Positions 50,354 to 60,910 of a stretch of 64,000 bases of DNA are shown one piece after another. The DNA is taken from the NCBI GenBank assembly GCA_963835065.1, contig CAWIEK010000054.1:79062-143061 (forward strand), in the 5' to 3' direction. A program made the translations under genes and the position numbers. This stretch comes from an uncultured Chthonomonadaceae bacterium (GTDB taxonomy: Bacteria > Armatimonadota > Chthonomonadetes > Chthonomonadales > Chthonomonadaceae). Position 1 is the stretch's first letter. Every line of letters starts with the position of its first letter. The notes under the pieces are model-generated. The model made no database searches. It saw only the letters and a program-made list of their open reading frames with translations, and was not told the DNA's origin.

Positions 50354-53261
50354 ATGAACCATGATTCCATGCCATTGCCGTCCAGCGCGGGCGGATTCTG
50401 GCTGCAATTTGTCCAATGGTTGGCCGGCAACGGCTACGCGCCCCATAGCGGCTGCTTTCTGGGCGACCATGTTTGGGTAGCGGCATACGTCGGGGCCAAC
50501 TGGGTCATTGCCCTGGCCTATGCGCTGGTTTCCCTGCTGATCTGGCAGCGCATGAAACGCGCCTCCCACATTCCCCGCACCCTCATGGGCAACGCGCTCC
50601 TGGGAATTTTCGTCACCTGCGCGGGCGGGCACTTTCTGGCGGGCATTACCACTGTTTTGTGGCCCGGCTACCGCTTTGAAACCATGTGGCACTGGCTGAC
50701 CACGATTCCGGCCTGGATTTTTCTGGCGCACCACAACAAGTTTTCCCTGATTGTGGAAGGCCCGCACATGATCGCCGAGTCCCGCGAGGAGTTGTCACAG
50801 AAAAACGGCGAATTGAACACGCTGTACGAGCAGGTCAAGGAAGTGGATCGGCTCAAATCGGAATTTTTCGCCAACGTCAGCCACGAACTGCGCACCCCGC
50901 TTGCCCTGATTTTGGGTCCCGTCAGCAACGTCCTTGCGGGCGACAATCTGACGGACGCGCAACGGCGCGACCTGGAAGTGGTGGCGCGTAATGCCCGCAC
51001 GGTTCTCAAGCACGTCAACGATCTGCTCGACATCGCCCGCATGGAAGCCGGCAAGATGCAGATGCATTATGCGGACGTGGATCTTGGCGCAGACCGCCCG
51101 CGTCCTGGCTTCGCATTTCGAGGCGGTTGTCGCCGAGCGCGGCCTGGCATTTACGCTGGATGCGCCCGAAACGCTGGTGGCGCAGGTGGACGGCGACAAG
51201 ATACAGCGCGTGTTGCTGAACCTGTTTTCCAATGCCGTTAAATTCGTGCCTGTGGGCGGGCAAATCTCCTGCCGCCTGGCCTACGAAGAGCGCGATGTAA
51301 TCATTGACGTGCAGGACAATGGGCCGGGCGTTCCTGAAGAACTGCACAAAGCCATTTTCGAGCGGTTCCGGCAGGTGGACGCTTCCGCCACCCGCCAACA
51401 TGAGGGAACCGGATTAGGGCTTGCCATCGTCAAAGATTTTGTTGAGTTGCATGACGGCAGCGTGACGCTGCGCGAGGCTCCCGGCGGCGGCGCGTTGTTC
51501 CATCTGCGGCTTCCCATTTTCGCGCCGGAGGGCGTAACCGTAATGCCGCCCGTCAATAACGTTGGGGGAGCGTCTGCCGATACTGCCGGGAAACCGGCTG
51601 CTGCTGGCAAATCCGGGGAAGCGGCTTCCGCCACCGGAGCGGGCGCGGCGAACCTGGATGGCCTTGACCCGGAAACAGCGCGCGCTACGGAGGAAGTTGC
51701 GGAAGGCGTACCGGCGGATGTTCCCGGCGGCAAATCGGCGTGGAATGGCGTGGCTTCTGCTCCCACCCCGGCGATGCCTGACACTTCGCCCCTGACTTCG
51801 GCGCTCGACAATGTGATGATACAAACGCTCGAAGAGCTGCGGGCGCGCGAAGAGGCGGAAGTTATCGCGCAGGATACGGGGCAACCCCTGGTGCTGATCG
51901 TGGAAGACAACCGCGAAATGAGCCGTTTTATCGCGCAAACTCTGTCCTCCTCGTATCGCGCGGTTGCCGCGTATAACGGCAATGAGGGGCTGGAGCGCGC
52001 GCTGGAACTTCGCCCCGACCTGATTTTGAGCGACATTATGATGCCGGGCAAGAGCGGCGATCAGATGGTAGCGGAACTGCGGACGCACCCGCAATTGGAC
52101 GATACGCCTGTTCTGCTCCTGACCGCTAAAGCCGACGATGAACTGCGCATCCGGCTGCTGCACAACGGCGCGCAGGACTATCTGATGAAGCCGTTCGCGC
52201 CGGAAGAACTGCGCGCCCGCGTCGGCAATCTGGTGATGATGAAGCGCGCCCGGCAAATGCTGCAATCCGAAGTCGCCACGCAGCAGCAGAACCTGGAAAT
52301 GCTGGCGGTGGAAGTGGTAGACCGCAAGCGCGCGCTGCAAACCGCGCTGCAGGAAGCGCAATTCGCGCGCCGCTCGGCGGAAAACGCGCGCGAGGAAGCG
52401 CAGCGTCACGAGCGCCTTGTGGAACAGCGCAACCGGCAATTGCTGATCGCCATTCAGGAAGCGCACCATCGCATTAAAAACAATCTGCAAAAGGTGTCGG
52501 CGCTCATCGAAATGGAACTCGATGATTGCGGCGTGGCCCTCCCTGCCGAAGCCGTGCGCGCCCGCCTGTACCAGATCAAAGCCATCGCCATCGTGCATGA
52601 CCTGCTCACGCAGGATACCGACTTCAACGAGGTGGATGTCGCGGAATCGCTGCGGCGGCTCGTAGACCTGCTGCAAGCCAATTACCAGAGCGTAAGGGGC
52701 GCGCTGCCTTTGGAACTGGAAACAGATTCGCTGATTGTGCCGGCCAAAGTGGCGATCTCGCTTGGCTTGATTGTCACGGAACTGGTCAGCAACGCGCAGC
52801 AGTACGGACAGCCGGCTGCAAGTTCCCTGTCCGGCAACGCCTTGCCGTTCCCTGTATCACCCAAACCCGCCGTTACGGAACGATCTCAGGAGCCAAAGCC
52901 ACAACATGCCATCGTCATCCAATTGCGCCACCATGCCGGAAAAGCCGTCCTCGACGTCACCGATCCCGGACCCGGCTTTGCGCCCGGATTCAACTTCCTG
53001 CGCGACGCCCATCTCGGCCTTGAACTCGTCCGCACCCTTACGGAAAGCGACCTGCAGGGACAAATCGAGTTCGGCGCGGGAAACGGAACTTCGCCAGCCG
53101 ACAGCGCCGCATCACGCGATGGGGAGCGAATTGTCTCGTCCGCTGCCAACGGTTCCGGCCCGTCAGGAGAGCCGGCGCCATCCCTTGAATCAAGCCGACC
53201 TACCCCCGTCGGGGGAGGACGAGTCACCATCACCTTCCCTGAGTATCCTGACGCCGCTTGA
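50354..53261 (+). CDS. Hybrid sensor kinase: ethylene-receptor-like TM - HisKA - HATPase - REC - HisKA_2 - HATPase (frameshift ~51085)
   Basis: SHELRTPL, NLFSNAVKF, GTGLGL, SDIMMP, EAHHRIKNNLQ, ELVSNA, LGLEL. Confidence 0.85.
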
Positions 53262-53277
53262 GGACACGTTTACGCTG

Positions 53278-53706
53278 ATGACCGGCCCACAGATAACCGT
53301 CGAAGAGGCACGCCGTTTGCTCAACGGGCGGCGCGTGATTATCGTGGAAGACGAAGGCGTTACGCAGATGCAATTGCGCCGCACCCTTTCCCACGCCGGT
53401 TTGGTCATTGTGGGAACCGCCATTAACGGACGCGATGGCGTGGAGTTGGCGCTGCGCGAACACCCCGACATCATTCTCATGGACGTGCGTATGCCCATCA
53501 TGGACGGCATGGAAGCGACCCGACGTATTTTAGCCGAAGTTCCGATGTGCGTGGTAATGCTCACGGCCTTCAGCGACGAGGAGTACCGAACGCAGGCGCA
53601 GGAATTGGGCGTCAGCGGCTACGTCATCAAGCCCGTCACCAGCGATATGCTGCTGCCCCTGATGTACCAGGCGCTGCGCGGGTTTGAAGAGAAAAGTGGC
53701 GAATAA
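53278..53706 (+). CDS. Single-domain response regulator
   Basis: VEDE, MDVRMP.MDG, LTAF, YVIKP. Confidence 0.88.
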   Translation: MTGPQITVEEARRLLNGRRVIIVEDEGVTQMQLRRTLSHAGLVIVGTAINGRDGVELALREHPDIILMDVRMPIMDGMEATRRILAEVPMCVVMLTAFSDEEYRTQAQELGVSGYVIKPVTSDMLLPLMYQALRGFEEKSGE

Positions 53707-53721
53707 CTCTCAGGAAACAGT

Positions 53722-54771
53722 TTGAACAACATCGAAGAGATTACAGACGTTCTCATTATCGGGGCGGGGCCTGCCGGATTGCAGGCGGCTTGCAGCGCGC
53801 AGGAGCATGGGCTGACGCACCGGATTGTGGATCGGCGCGGATTGGCGCACTCGTTTGTGGAGTACCCGCAAAACCTGCGCTTTTTTTCGCCGCCGGATGA
53901 AATGACGGTTGGCAATGTGCCTTTGCCGATGCGCGGCGGCGACAAGCCGACCCGCGAAGACATTCTGCCCTATTTCCGCGCCGTCGCCGCCTATAAGCAG
54001 CTGAACTTGTCACTGTGGGAAACCATTACGCAGGTCGGGCGCGAGGGGCAGGGGTTTGTCCTGCATACCACGCGGGAACCTAACCACGACGAGACGCGCG
54101 TTTACCATGCGCGAACCCTTCTGCTCACATCGGGCGTATGGGACATACCCAACCGCCTGACTTGCCCCGGCGCGGATTTGCCGCACGTTTATTCCCGCTT
54201 CCATGAGCCGACGGAGTATTTCGGCACGGATGTTCTTGTCGTGGGCGGGGGCAATTCCGCTGTTCACGCCGCGCTTGCCCTGTCGGAAGCCGGGGCGCGC
54301 GTCACGTATGCCATGCGTCGCCCACCGGTCGAATACCAGAGCCATCTACGCCCGTTCGTGGTTCGGGATTTGCAGTTCGCCGTAGACGATAAGAAGATTG
54401 CGCTGCATACGGGTGTCAGCATAGAGCGGATCGAACCGCAGCAGGCATGGCTCCAGCCGTTCACTTACGACGCCGAACACCCGGAACGAGGAAAGGCCGA
54501 CGGCCAGCCGTACCCCGTTCCCGCGCAGTTCGTGTTTGCGGTCATCGGGCAGCGCGCCGACACCCGGTTATTCGACCAACTCGGCCTGTGCGTGGAACCG
54601 GACGGACGCCCGACTCGCAACCCCGACACCTTTGAAACCACCGTGCCGAATATTTACGTAGCCGGTTCCTTAGCAGGCGAAAAAATAGACATCATCATCC
54701 GGGCGCGCGAACAAACCGCCGCTGTGGTACGCCGCATTGCCGAACGCCTTCAAACAAATCGAAATGAATAA
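53722..54771 (+). CDS. YpdA-like FAD-dependent oxidoreductase (thioredoxin reductase family)
   Basis: IIGAGPAG, YP....FFS, KPTRE..L.YF, VVGGGNSA, ETTVPNIYVAGS. Confidence 0.8.
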   Translation: MNNIEEITDVLIIGAGPAGLQAACSAQEHGLTHRIVDRRGLAHSFVEYPQNLRFFSPPDEMTVGNVPLPMRGGDKPTREDILPYFRAVAAYKQLNLSLWETITQVGREGQGFVLHTTREPNHDETRVYHARTLLLTSGVWDIPNRLTCPGADLPHVYSRFHEPTEYFGTDVLVVGGGNSAVHAALALSEAGARVTYAMRRPPVEYQSHLRPFVVRDLQFAVDDKKIALHTGVSIERIEPQQAWLQPFTYDAEHPERGKADGQPYPVPAQFVFAVIGQRADTRLFDQLGLCVEPDGRPTRNPDTFETTVPNIYVAGSLAGEKIDIIIRAREQTAAVVRRIAERLQTNRNE

Positions 54772-55618
54772 CAAGCAAATGCTCATTTGTGCGCTGATAG
54801 CGGTACTGCCGGGCGTTGTGTCCGTTGCGGAAGCGCAGCAAACCCCTGCTCCTGCCGCCAAAGCCACTGCCAAACCTGCGCCGCCCACCAAAGCCGAACT
54901 GAGCGCAATTACGGCGCGAGGCCGGCTGCTTGCCGAGTATGATTATGCCGCATGGCACGGCTCCGATGCGCTTGCGGAAACTAAACCGGACACGCAAATG
55001 ATTGGGCGCTATATCGCCCGCAAAACGCCGGAGGGTTGGGTAGTCGCGTTCGGCAAACTCAACGCCGAACGTGACAAGTTTTTGCTGGCCTATGAAGCCG
55101 TGCAGGGCGCAGCCAAAGACACGTTTACCCTGACCAAACGCGACCCGGTTTTAGAAAATACGGATTTTTATCTCAACGCCGCCCGCGCGCAGGAAACCGC
55201 ATTAGCCGCGTTCGGCAAAACCAATCGCCCCTACAACATCGCGGTTCTGCCCGCACCCAATGAGCAATGGTACGTTTATCTGATGCCCGCGCAGACCAAA
55301 GCCGATGTTTATCCGCTCGGCGCGGACGCGCGTTTTCTGGTCAGCAAGGACGGAACCAAAATCATTACGAAGCGCCAGATGCACGTTTCCGTGATCGAAA
55401 CGCCCGCCCCGAAAGCGGAAGACAAAGCCGCTGCCGGGTTCCATACGGCGATTGTAGACAACCGCCCGGAAGACAGCGACGTGTTTTTCGTGCTGTCGCG
55501 TAAGCCCGCCGTGCCGGAATACATAGCCACCAAGCAGTTCGTATACCGCGTGGAAACCGACGGCGCAATCACGTTTCTCGGCACGGCTGAGGAATTTCAG
55601 CGCAAAATGAAGAAGTAA
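54764..55618 (+). CDS. Secreted hypothetical protein
   Basis: Signal peptide ending AEA-QQ; overlaps upstream stop. Confidence 0.7.
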   Translation: MNNKQMLICALIAVLPGVVSVAEAQQTPAPAAKATAKPAPPTKAELSAITARGRLLAEYDYAAWHGSDALAETKPDTQMIGRYIARKTPEGWVVAFGKLNAERDKFLLAYEAVQGAAKDTFTLTKRDPVLENTDFYLNAARAQETALAAFGKTNRPYNIAVLPAPNEQWYVYLMPAQTKADVYPLGADARFLVSKDGTKIITKRQMHVSVIETPAPKAEDKAAAGFHTAIVDNRPEDSDVFFVLSRKPAVPEYIATKQFVYRVETDGAITFLGTAEEFQRKMKK

Positions 55619-55703
55619 CAGCGGTGTTCGGGTGTTCAGGTTTTGGATATATTGGGGTGTTGTGGTGACATTGGGGTGATATTGGAGGAGTGCGGAAGAC
55701 ATT

Positions 55704-56862
55704 ATGGCGAATGTGAATTTGAATGAATTGGTCAAGCCGCCGAAAGCGCTTGGGTTCCGCGAAGATCACCTGCAGCTTGCCGATGCAATGCTGCAAAAGG
55801 GCGTTGCGGATCATTTGTACTCTGCCGTGTCCTACCTCGTTGTGCGGCATGGGATGATTGCGGCGCATGGGGCGTATGGGATCGCGCAGCCGGACGCCCT
55901 GCCGCCCATTCCCGCCACTCTGGATACGATCTTCGACATGGCCTCCATTACCAAAACCTTCACGGCGACCCTGCTGCTGCAATGCGTGGAAGAGGGGCGC
56001 TTGCATCTCAATCAGGAAGTGCGGCAGGTTCTGCCCGAAGCCGACAAAGCGCCCATCGGCCCGGTTGCCCTCCATTATCTTGCCACGCATACCAGTGGCC
56101 TGCCCGCGTGGAAAGCCGTGTACAAAACCGAAAACGGCGAACCGCTGGCGCAAATCCTTGCCACGCCCCTCGCGCACCCGACCGGCACAAATTACACCTA
56201 CAGCGATTTAGGGTATATCACTATTGGGCTACATTGTGGAGCGCGTGTTGGGCAAGCCGCTCGACGTTCTGGTACAGGAGCGCATTTTCAAGCCACTTGG
56301 CATGACTTCGAGCGGCTATAATCCCGCGCCGTCCTTCCATTCGCGCATTGCCGCAACGGGCCGAAGCGACCTTAAAGACGGCAGGCGCGAACCTTCGCCT
56401 CGCTTTGTGGGCGACGTGCATGACCCGAACGCGCACGGCATGAAGGGCGTAGCGGGACACGCGGGCATTTTTTCCAGCGCGCCCGACATGCTGCGCTTCA
56501 TCCTGTCCTTTCGGCACGAAACCAACGCCGACCACTTAGGACTGCCACCCGTGCTTGGTCCACTTGCCCGCCGACTCGCCGCCACCTGCCAAACCGACCC
56601 CACCAAGCCCGACATCAACGCCCATACCATCGGCTGGTTCGCGTACCCTAACGGCTATCTGCCGAAGGGCGACCTGTTTTCAGCCCAAACCTTCGGGCAC
56701 ACAGGCTTTACGGGAACCCTCTTAATGTTCGACCCCGATGTAGACGTGACGCTTCTGATGCTGACCAACCGCGTCGTTTATGAAAACGAAAACGACGGCA
56801 CGGCCCTGCTGCGAATGCGCCGCCTGTTCGCCAACGCCGTCGCCGGGGCCATCAGCAGTTAA
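55704..56862 (+). CDS. Serine hydrolase (class C beta-lactamase-like; frameshift ~56224)
   Basis: FDMASITK (SxxK), THTSGL, YSD, VHDPNA, GHAG, GHTGFTG. Confidence 0.88.
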
Positions 56863-57245
56863 TGAACCACCCGCTGCGCTAGAGACACAGAGACACAGAG
56901 GGAAATACAGAGGAAGAAAAGAAGAAAAGGAGAAGAGAAGAAAAAGAGAGGGAACCGCGAAATACACGAACCAAGACGAAAAGAGGAGAAAAAGAAATAG
57001 ACAGGATTAAGGGGATTAGAAGGATTAAACAAGATTACGAACTGGGAAGAGAAGCCTGCTTGTTCTGAACACAGGGCGGCATCTGCGCATTTGCTCGTGT
57101 TCTTTTTGTTTTTCTTTTGGTCTTTTTTCGTTTGTTTCGTGTGTTTCGCGGTTTCTATCTCTCCTCTTCTCCTTTTCTTCTTTTCTTCTTTTCTCTGTGT
57201 TCCCTTTCTGTGTCTCTGTGCCTCTAGCGTAGCGGGTGGTTCATT
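56861..57245. repeat. Large nested ACCAC palindromic element
   Basis: AATGAACCACCCGCT..AGCGGGTGGTTCATT outer TIR; inner AACCGCGAAA..TTTCGCGGTT; includes AAATAGACAGGATTAA segment shared (inverted) with 15184 element. Confidence 0.85.
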
Positions 57246-58509
57246 CTGTCTTTGGCCTGTCCGCGCGGCTCCATACGAAGAGCGCGGCGGTGATGGCAAG
57301 CGCGAGGAAAGCGTTCAGGCGCACGGCGTTGAAGGCATTGAGATGTTCCGCCAGATACCCGATTTCCAGCCCGCCAACCGAAAACAGGCCGTTAAAGACA
57401 AGGGAGTAGACCGCCATCACGCGTCCGCGCAGGTCGTCGGGCACTTCCTCTTGCACCTTAATTTGAGAACTGATTCCGAACACGATCATGGCAAACCCGC
57501 TCAGGACGAGACACGTGAGCGCGAACCAGTACAATCCCGCCCACGACAGCAGCAGCAGCGACAGACAGAACAACACCGCCCCGCCATACACTTTCACCTT
57601 CCCCGACACCCGCGTTCCCACCCAAGCCAATGCCAATCCCGCAAATGCTGCGCCCAAGCCATTTGCCGCCATCATCGCGCTGTAGCCGCGCGAACCCACT
57701 TTGTACGCATCCGCAAACACGGGAAACAGGGTGGAAAGCGGCCAGGTGAAGATACTGGCCGCGCCGATCAGCAGCATCACGCGCAAAATGCTGTGGTTAT
57801 CTCGAATGTAGCGAAAGCCATCCAAAACGGAGCCGGTTGCTTTTGCCACCGTAAACGGCGGCAGGCGCATCATCAGCAGGGAAATGATAACGGCAATAAA
57901 ACTGAGGCCGTTGAGGAGGAAGCAAGCGGACGTGCCGATCTTGACCAGCACAATTCCGGCCAGAATCGGGCCGAGGATACGCGCCAGATTGAAGCGGAGG
58001 GAGTTGAGCGCTATGGCGTTGCCCAGTACCTTGCGGTCTTCCACCATGTCGGTAACGAACGCCTGCTGCGCGGGCATATTGAACGAGTTGACGACGCCGG
58101 ACAAACCCGAAATCGCGGCGATATGCCACGCTTGAAGCGGAACCGGGGAAAAGCGCGAAGCCAGCAGAGCAAGGACAAACGCCAGCAGCATGGCAATGGC
58201 TTGTGTCCACACCAAAATAGTCCGGCGCGAATAGCGATCCGCAAGCTGCCCGCCCCACACGGCGAAAACAACAAACGGGATCGCATTCGCGCCCGACACG
58301 ATGCCCAGCCATTTGGGAGAGTGCGTCACCTCCCAAACCAGCCACTTTTGCGCTACGTCCTGCATCCAGGTTCCCGCCACGGAAATCAGTTGCCCGTAGA
58401 AAAACAGCCGAAAATTGCGGTACGTCAGCGCGTGAAACATTCCCGGCTTCACGTTGGTGATTGGTGGTTGGTGGTCAGTGGCTGGTGACTGGTAATCGGA
58501 TACTTTCAC
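57241..58509 (-). CDS. MFS transporter
   Basis: RNFRLF..GQ.IS..GTWMQ, GGQLADR, ALNS..FNLAR.LGP, RGRVMA. Confidence 0.92.
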   Translation of the reverse strand: MKVSDYQSPATDHQPPITNVKPGMFHALTYRNFRLFFYGQLISVAGTWMQDVAQKWLVWEVTHSPKWLGIVSGANAIPFVVFAVWGGQLADRYSRRTILVWTQAIAMLLAFVLALLASRFSPVPLQAWHIAAISGLSGVVNSFNMPAQQAFVTDMVEDRKVLGNAIALNSLRFNLARILGPILAGIVLVKIGTSACFLLNGLSFIAVIISLLMMRLPPFTVAKATGSVLDGFRYIRDNHSILRVMLLIGAASIFTWPLSTLFPVFADAYKVGSRGYSAMMAANGLGAAFAGLALAWVGTRVSGKVKVYGGAVLFCLSLLLLSWAGLYWFALTCLVLSGFAMIVFGISSQIKVQEEVPDDLRGRVMAVYSLVFNGLFSVGGLEIGYLAEHLNAFNAVRLNAFLALAITAALFVWSRADRPKTE

Positions 58510-58591
58510 ATGAATTCCTGTTGCGTACAGACGTTAGGTGACAGAATGATTGTCGTCAGCCAATCACCAATCACCAACCACCAGTCACCAA

Positions 58592-59875
58592 CTACTCATA
58601 GCGCAAGGCTTCAATCGGGTGCAGAGCGGCGGCTTTACTGGCCGGATAAATGCCGAAGAAGATGCCGATACCGCCCGATACCACGAGAGCGGCGACAACA
58701 GCGGTTGAATTGACGACCGTGTTCCAGCCCGCGATTTGCGACAGAATAGCTGCACCGCCCACGCCCAGGCAGATACCGAGCAGCCCGCCAAGCAGCGAAA
58801 TAATCGTGGCTTCAATGATAAACTGCATGGAAATGTCGCGGGGCGTGGCTCCGATGGCTTTGCGGATACCGATTTCCCGCGTCCGCTCCGTAACCGATAC
58901 GAGCATGATGTTCATAATGCCGATGCCGCCCACGACGAGCGAGATAACGGCAACCGCCGACAGCAGCGTGGTCATGGTTCCCGTGACGCTTTGCTGCGAT
59001 TCGAGCAGTTCCGTCTGGCTGCGAATGTTGAAGTCGTCGTTGTCGGGAAACGGCGGCTGCAAATGGTGGCGGTTGCGCAAAAACGCGGCAATCTGCTCCT
59101 GCGCGAGGGGCATCATCTGCTGGCTTGTCGCGCTGATAGACACAAAGTTAAGGAAGCGGCGGTTCAAAACGCGGTTCATAGCCGTCGTGATCGGGATGAT
59201 AATCACGTCATCCTGATCCTGCCCCCACGCGCCCGACCCTTTTGGTTTCAACATGCCGATAACGTGAAAACCGATACGGTTGATGAGAAGGTCTTTGCCG
59301 GTCAGGTCAATGCTGGCATCGCCAAGCAGTTTTTCCGAAACGCTGTGGCCCACCACGCAGACTTTCTGGCTGCCTTCCTGCTCGTTTTCCGTAAAAAAAC
59401 GCCCGCTGTCCACGTCCGCATTGCTGACTTGCAGGTATTCGACAGTAGAGCCGGTCAGGTTGGAATTGGCGTCCTTATTTTCCAGGCGTACCTGTATGTT
59501 GCCGCGCACCTGCGGAGCCACAGCCGCCACCGCCTGCGGAAAGTTCTTTGCGATCAATTTGGCGTCGTCAAGCGTCAGCGTCGAACTGCCGCCGCCCATG
59601 CCGCCACCGCTCGACGTACTCGACGCGCTGGTGCTGGAACCGTTTTTCGTGACCGCCGTGATACGGATATGCGACTGCCCCGGCCAGATGGAAAGCTGAT
59701 TGGTTCCCAGTTGGTTGATGGTTTCCGTAACGCGCTGTGTTGCGCCCTGTCCAATCGCCACCACCAAAATGACGACAGCGACGCCGATGATGATACCCAG
59801 CATCGTCAAAGCCGTCCGCATTTTGTTACTGGCAAGCCCGCGCATGGCAACTCGCAAACTTTCAAGCAGGTTCAT
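58592..59875 (-). CDS. MacB/FtsX-type ABC permease
   Basis: RTALTMLGIIIGV, GGIGIMNIMLVSVTERTREIGIRKAIGA, PIEALRYE. Confidence 0.95.
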   Translation of the reverse strand: MNLLESLRVAMRGLASNKMRTALTMLGIIIGVAVVILVVAIGQGATQRVTETINQLGTNQLSIWPGQSHIRITAVTKNGSSTSASSTSSGGGMGGGSSTLTLDDAKLIAKNFPQAVAAVAPQVRGNIQVRLENKDANSNLTGSTVEYLQVSNADVDSGRFFTENEQEGSQKVCVVGHSVSEKLLGDASIDLTGKDLLINRIGFHVIGMLKPKGSGAWGQDQDDVIIIPITTAMNRVLNRRFLNFVSISATSQQMMPLAQEQIAAFLRNRHHLQPPFPDNDDFNIRSQTELLESQQSVTGTMTTLLSAVAVISLVVGGIGIMNIMLVSVTERTREIGIRKAIGATPRDISMQFIIEATIISLLGGLLGICLGVGGAAILSQIAGWNTVVNSTAVVAALVVSGGIGIFFGIYPASKAAALHPIEALRYE

Positions 59876-60020
59876 TTAGGCACTCCGGGGAAGACGGTAG
59901 ACGGTAGACGGTAGACGGTAGCCACACAATCGGACGCTTGGTTAAAAAAACTATGTTTCTCATGCTCAATTGTCGTTTTTGGTCTACCGTCTACCGTCTA
60001 CTGTCTTCCGTCTTCCCTCC

Positions 60021-60845
60021 TTACGTCATCGTCGAAGCCAGGCGCTCGCGCTCCGCGGCCATTTCGGCCAGCACATCTTTTGCCATCAGGCGATCCTGAA
60101 CGGGTTCATCGGCCACGACGCGCCCGTCTTTGATGTAAACGGTGCGACGGCAGTGGCGTCCGATTTCGGGTTCGTGCGTGACCATGACCAGGGTGATACC
60201 CTCGTCATTTAGTTCCTGAAAAACCTGCATGATCTCTTCGGACTGAACGCTGGCAAGGTTTCCGGTCGGTTCGTCCGCTAAAATCAGCAGGGGGTCGCTG
60301 GCAAGGGCGCGGGCAATAGCGACGCGCTGCTGCTGTCCGCCCGAAAGTTCGTTGGGCTTGTGATCCATGCGGTTGCCCAATCCAACGCGCTCCAGAGCGG
60401 CAATGGCGCGTTCGGTTCGGTCCTTGCGCTTGGCGTACAGCATGGGCAATTCGACGTTTTCCAGCGCGGTTGTGCGCGCCAGCAAGTTGAAGCCCTGAAA
60501 CACGAACCCGATTTTGCGGTTGCGGATATGGGCGAGTTCGTAATCGTCCATGTCCGCAACCTCAATGCCATCCAGTTGGTAGGAGCCGGACGTGGGCGCG
60601 TCCAGGCAGCCGATAATGTGCATCAGCGTGGACTTGCCCGACCCCGATGGCCCCATAATCGCCACAAACTCGCCGGGATAAATGTCCAGGTTCAGGCCGG
60701 CAAGCGCCGGCACGACCTGATCGCCCATCACGTAAGTTTTGCGAACGTCGCGCAGGCACAGCATGGGCTGCTGCGCGTCGGTTGGCTGTGTGCCGCTTGC
60801 TGTCAGCACAGCGCCACTGCCCGAACTCTGCCTTGTACCGATCAT
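60021..60845 (-). CDS. ABC ATP-binding protein (MacB/LolD type)
   Basis: [25 protein letters not shown]. Confidence 0.95.
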   Translation of the reverse strand: MIGTRQSSGSGAVLTASGTQPTDAQQPMLCLRDVRKTYVMGDQVVPALAGLNLDIYPGEFVAIMGPSGSGKSTLMHIIGCLDAPTSGSYQLDGIEVADMDDYELAHIRNRKIGFVFQGFNLLARTTALENVELPMLYAKRKDRTERAIAALERVGLGNRMDHKPNELSGGQQQRVAIARALASDPLLILADEPTGNLASVQSEEIMQVFQELNDEGITLVMVTHEPEIGRHCRRTVYIKDGRVVADEPVQDRLMAKDVLAEMAAERERLASTMT

Positions 60846-60910
60846 GCGATTATACTCGCCCTTTCCACTTTATGCTCAACGCTCCTGAAGCCTTTGTGCC
60901 GATCAAGCGA

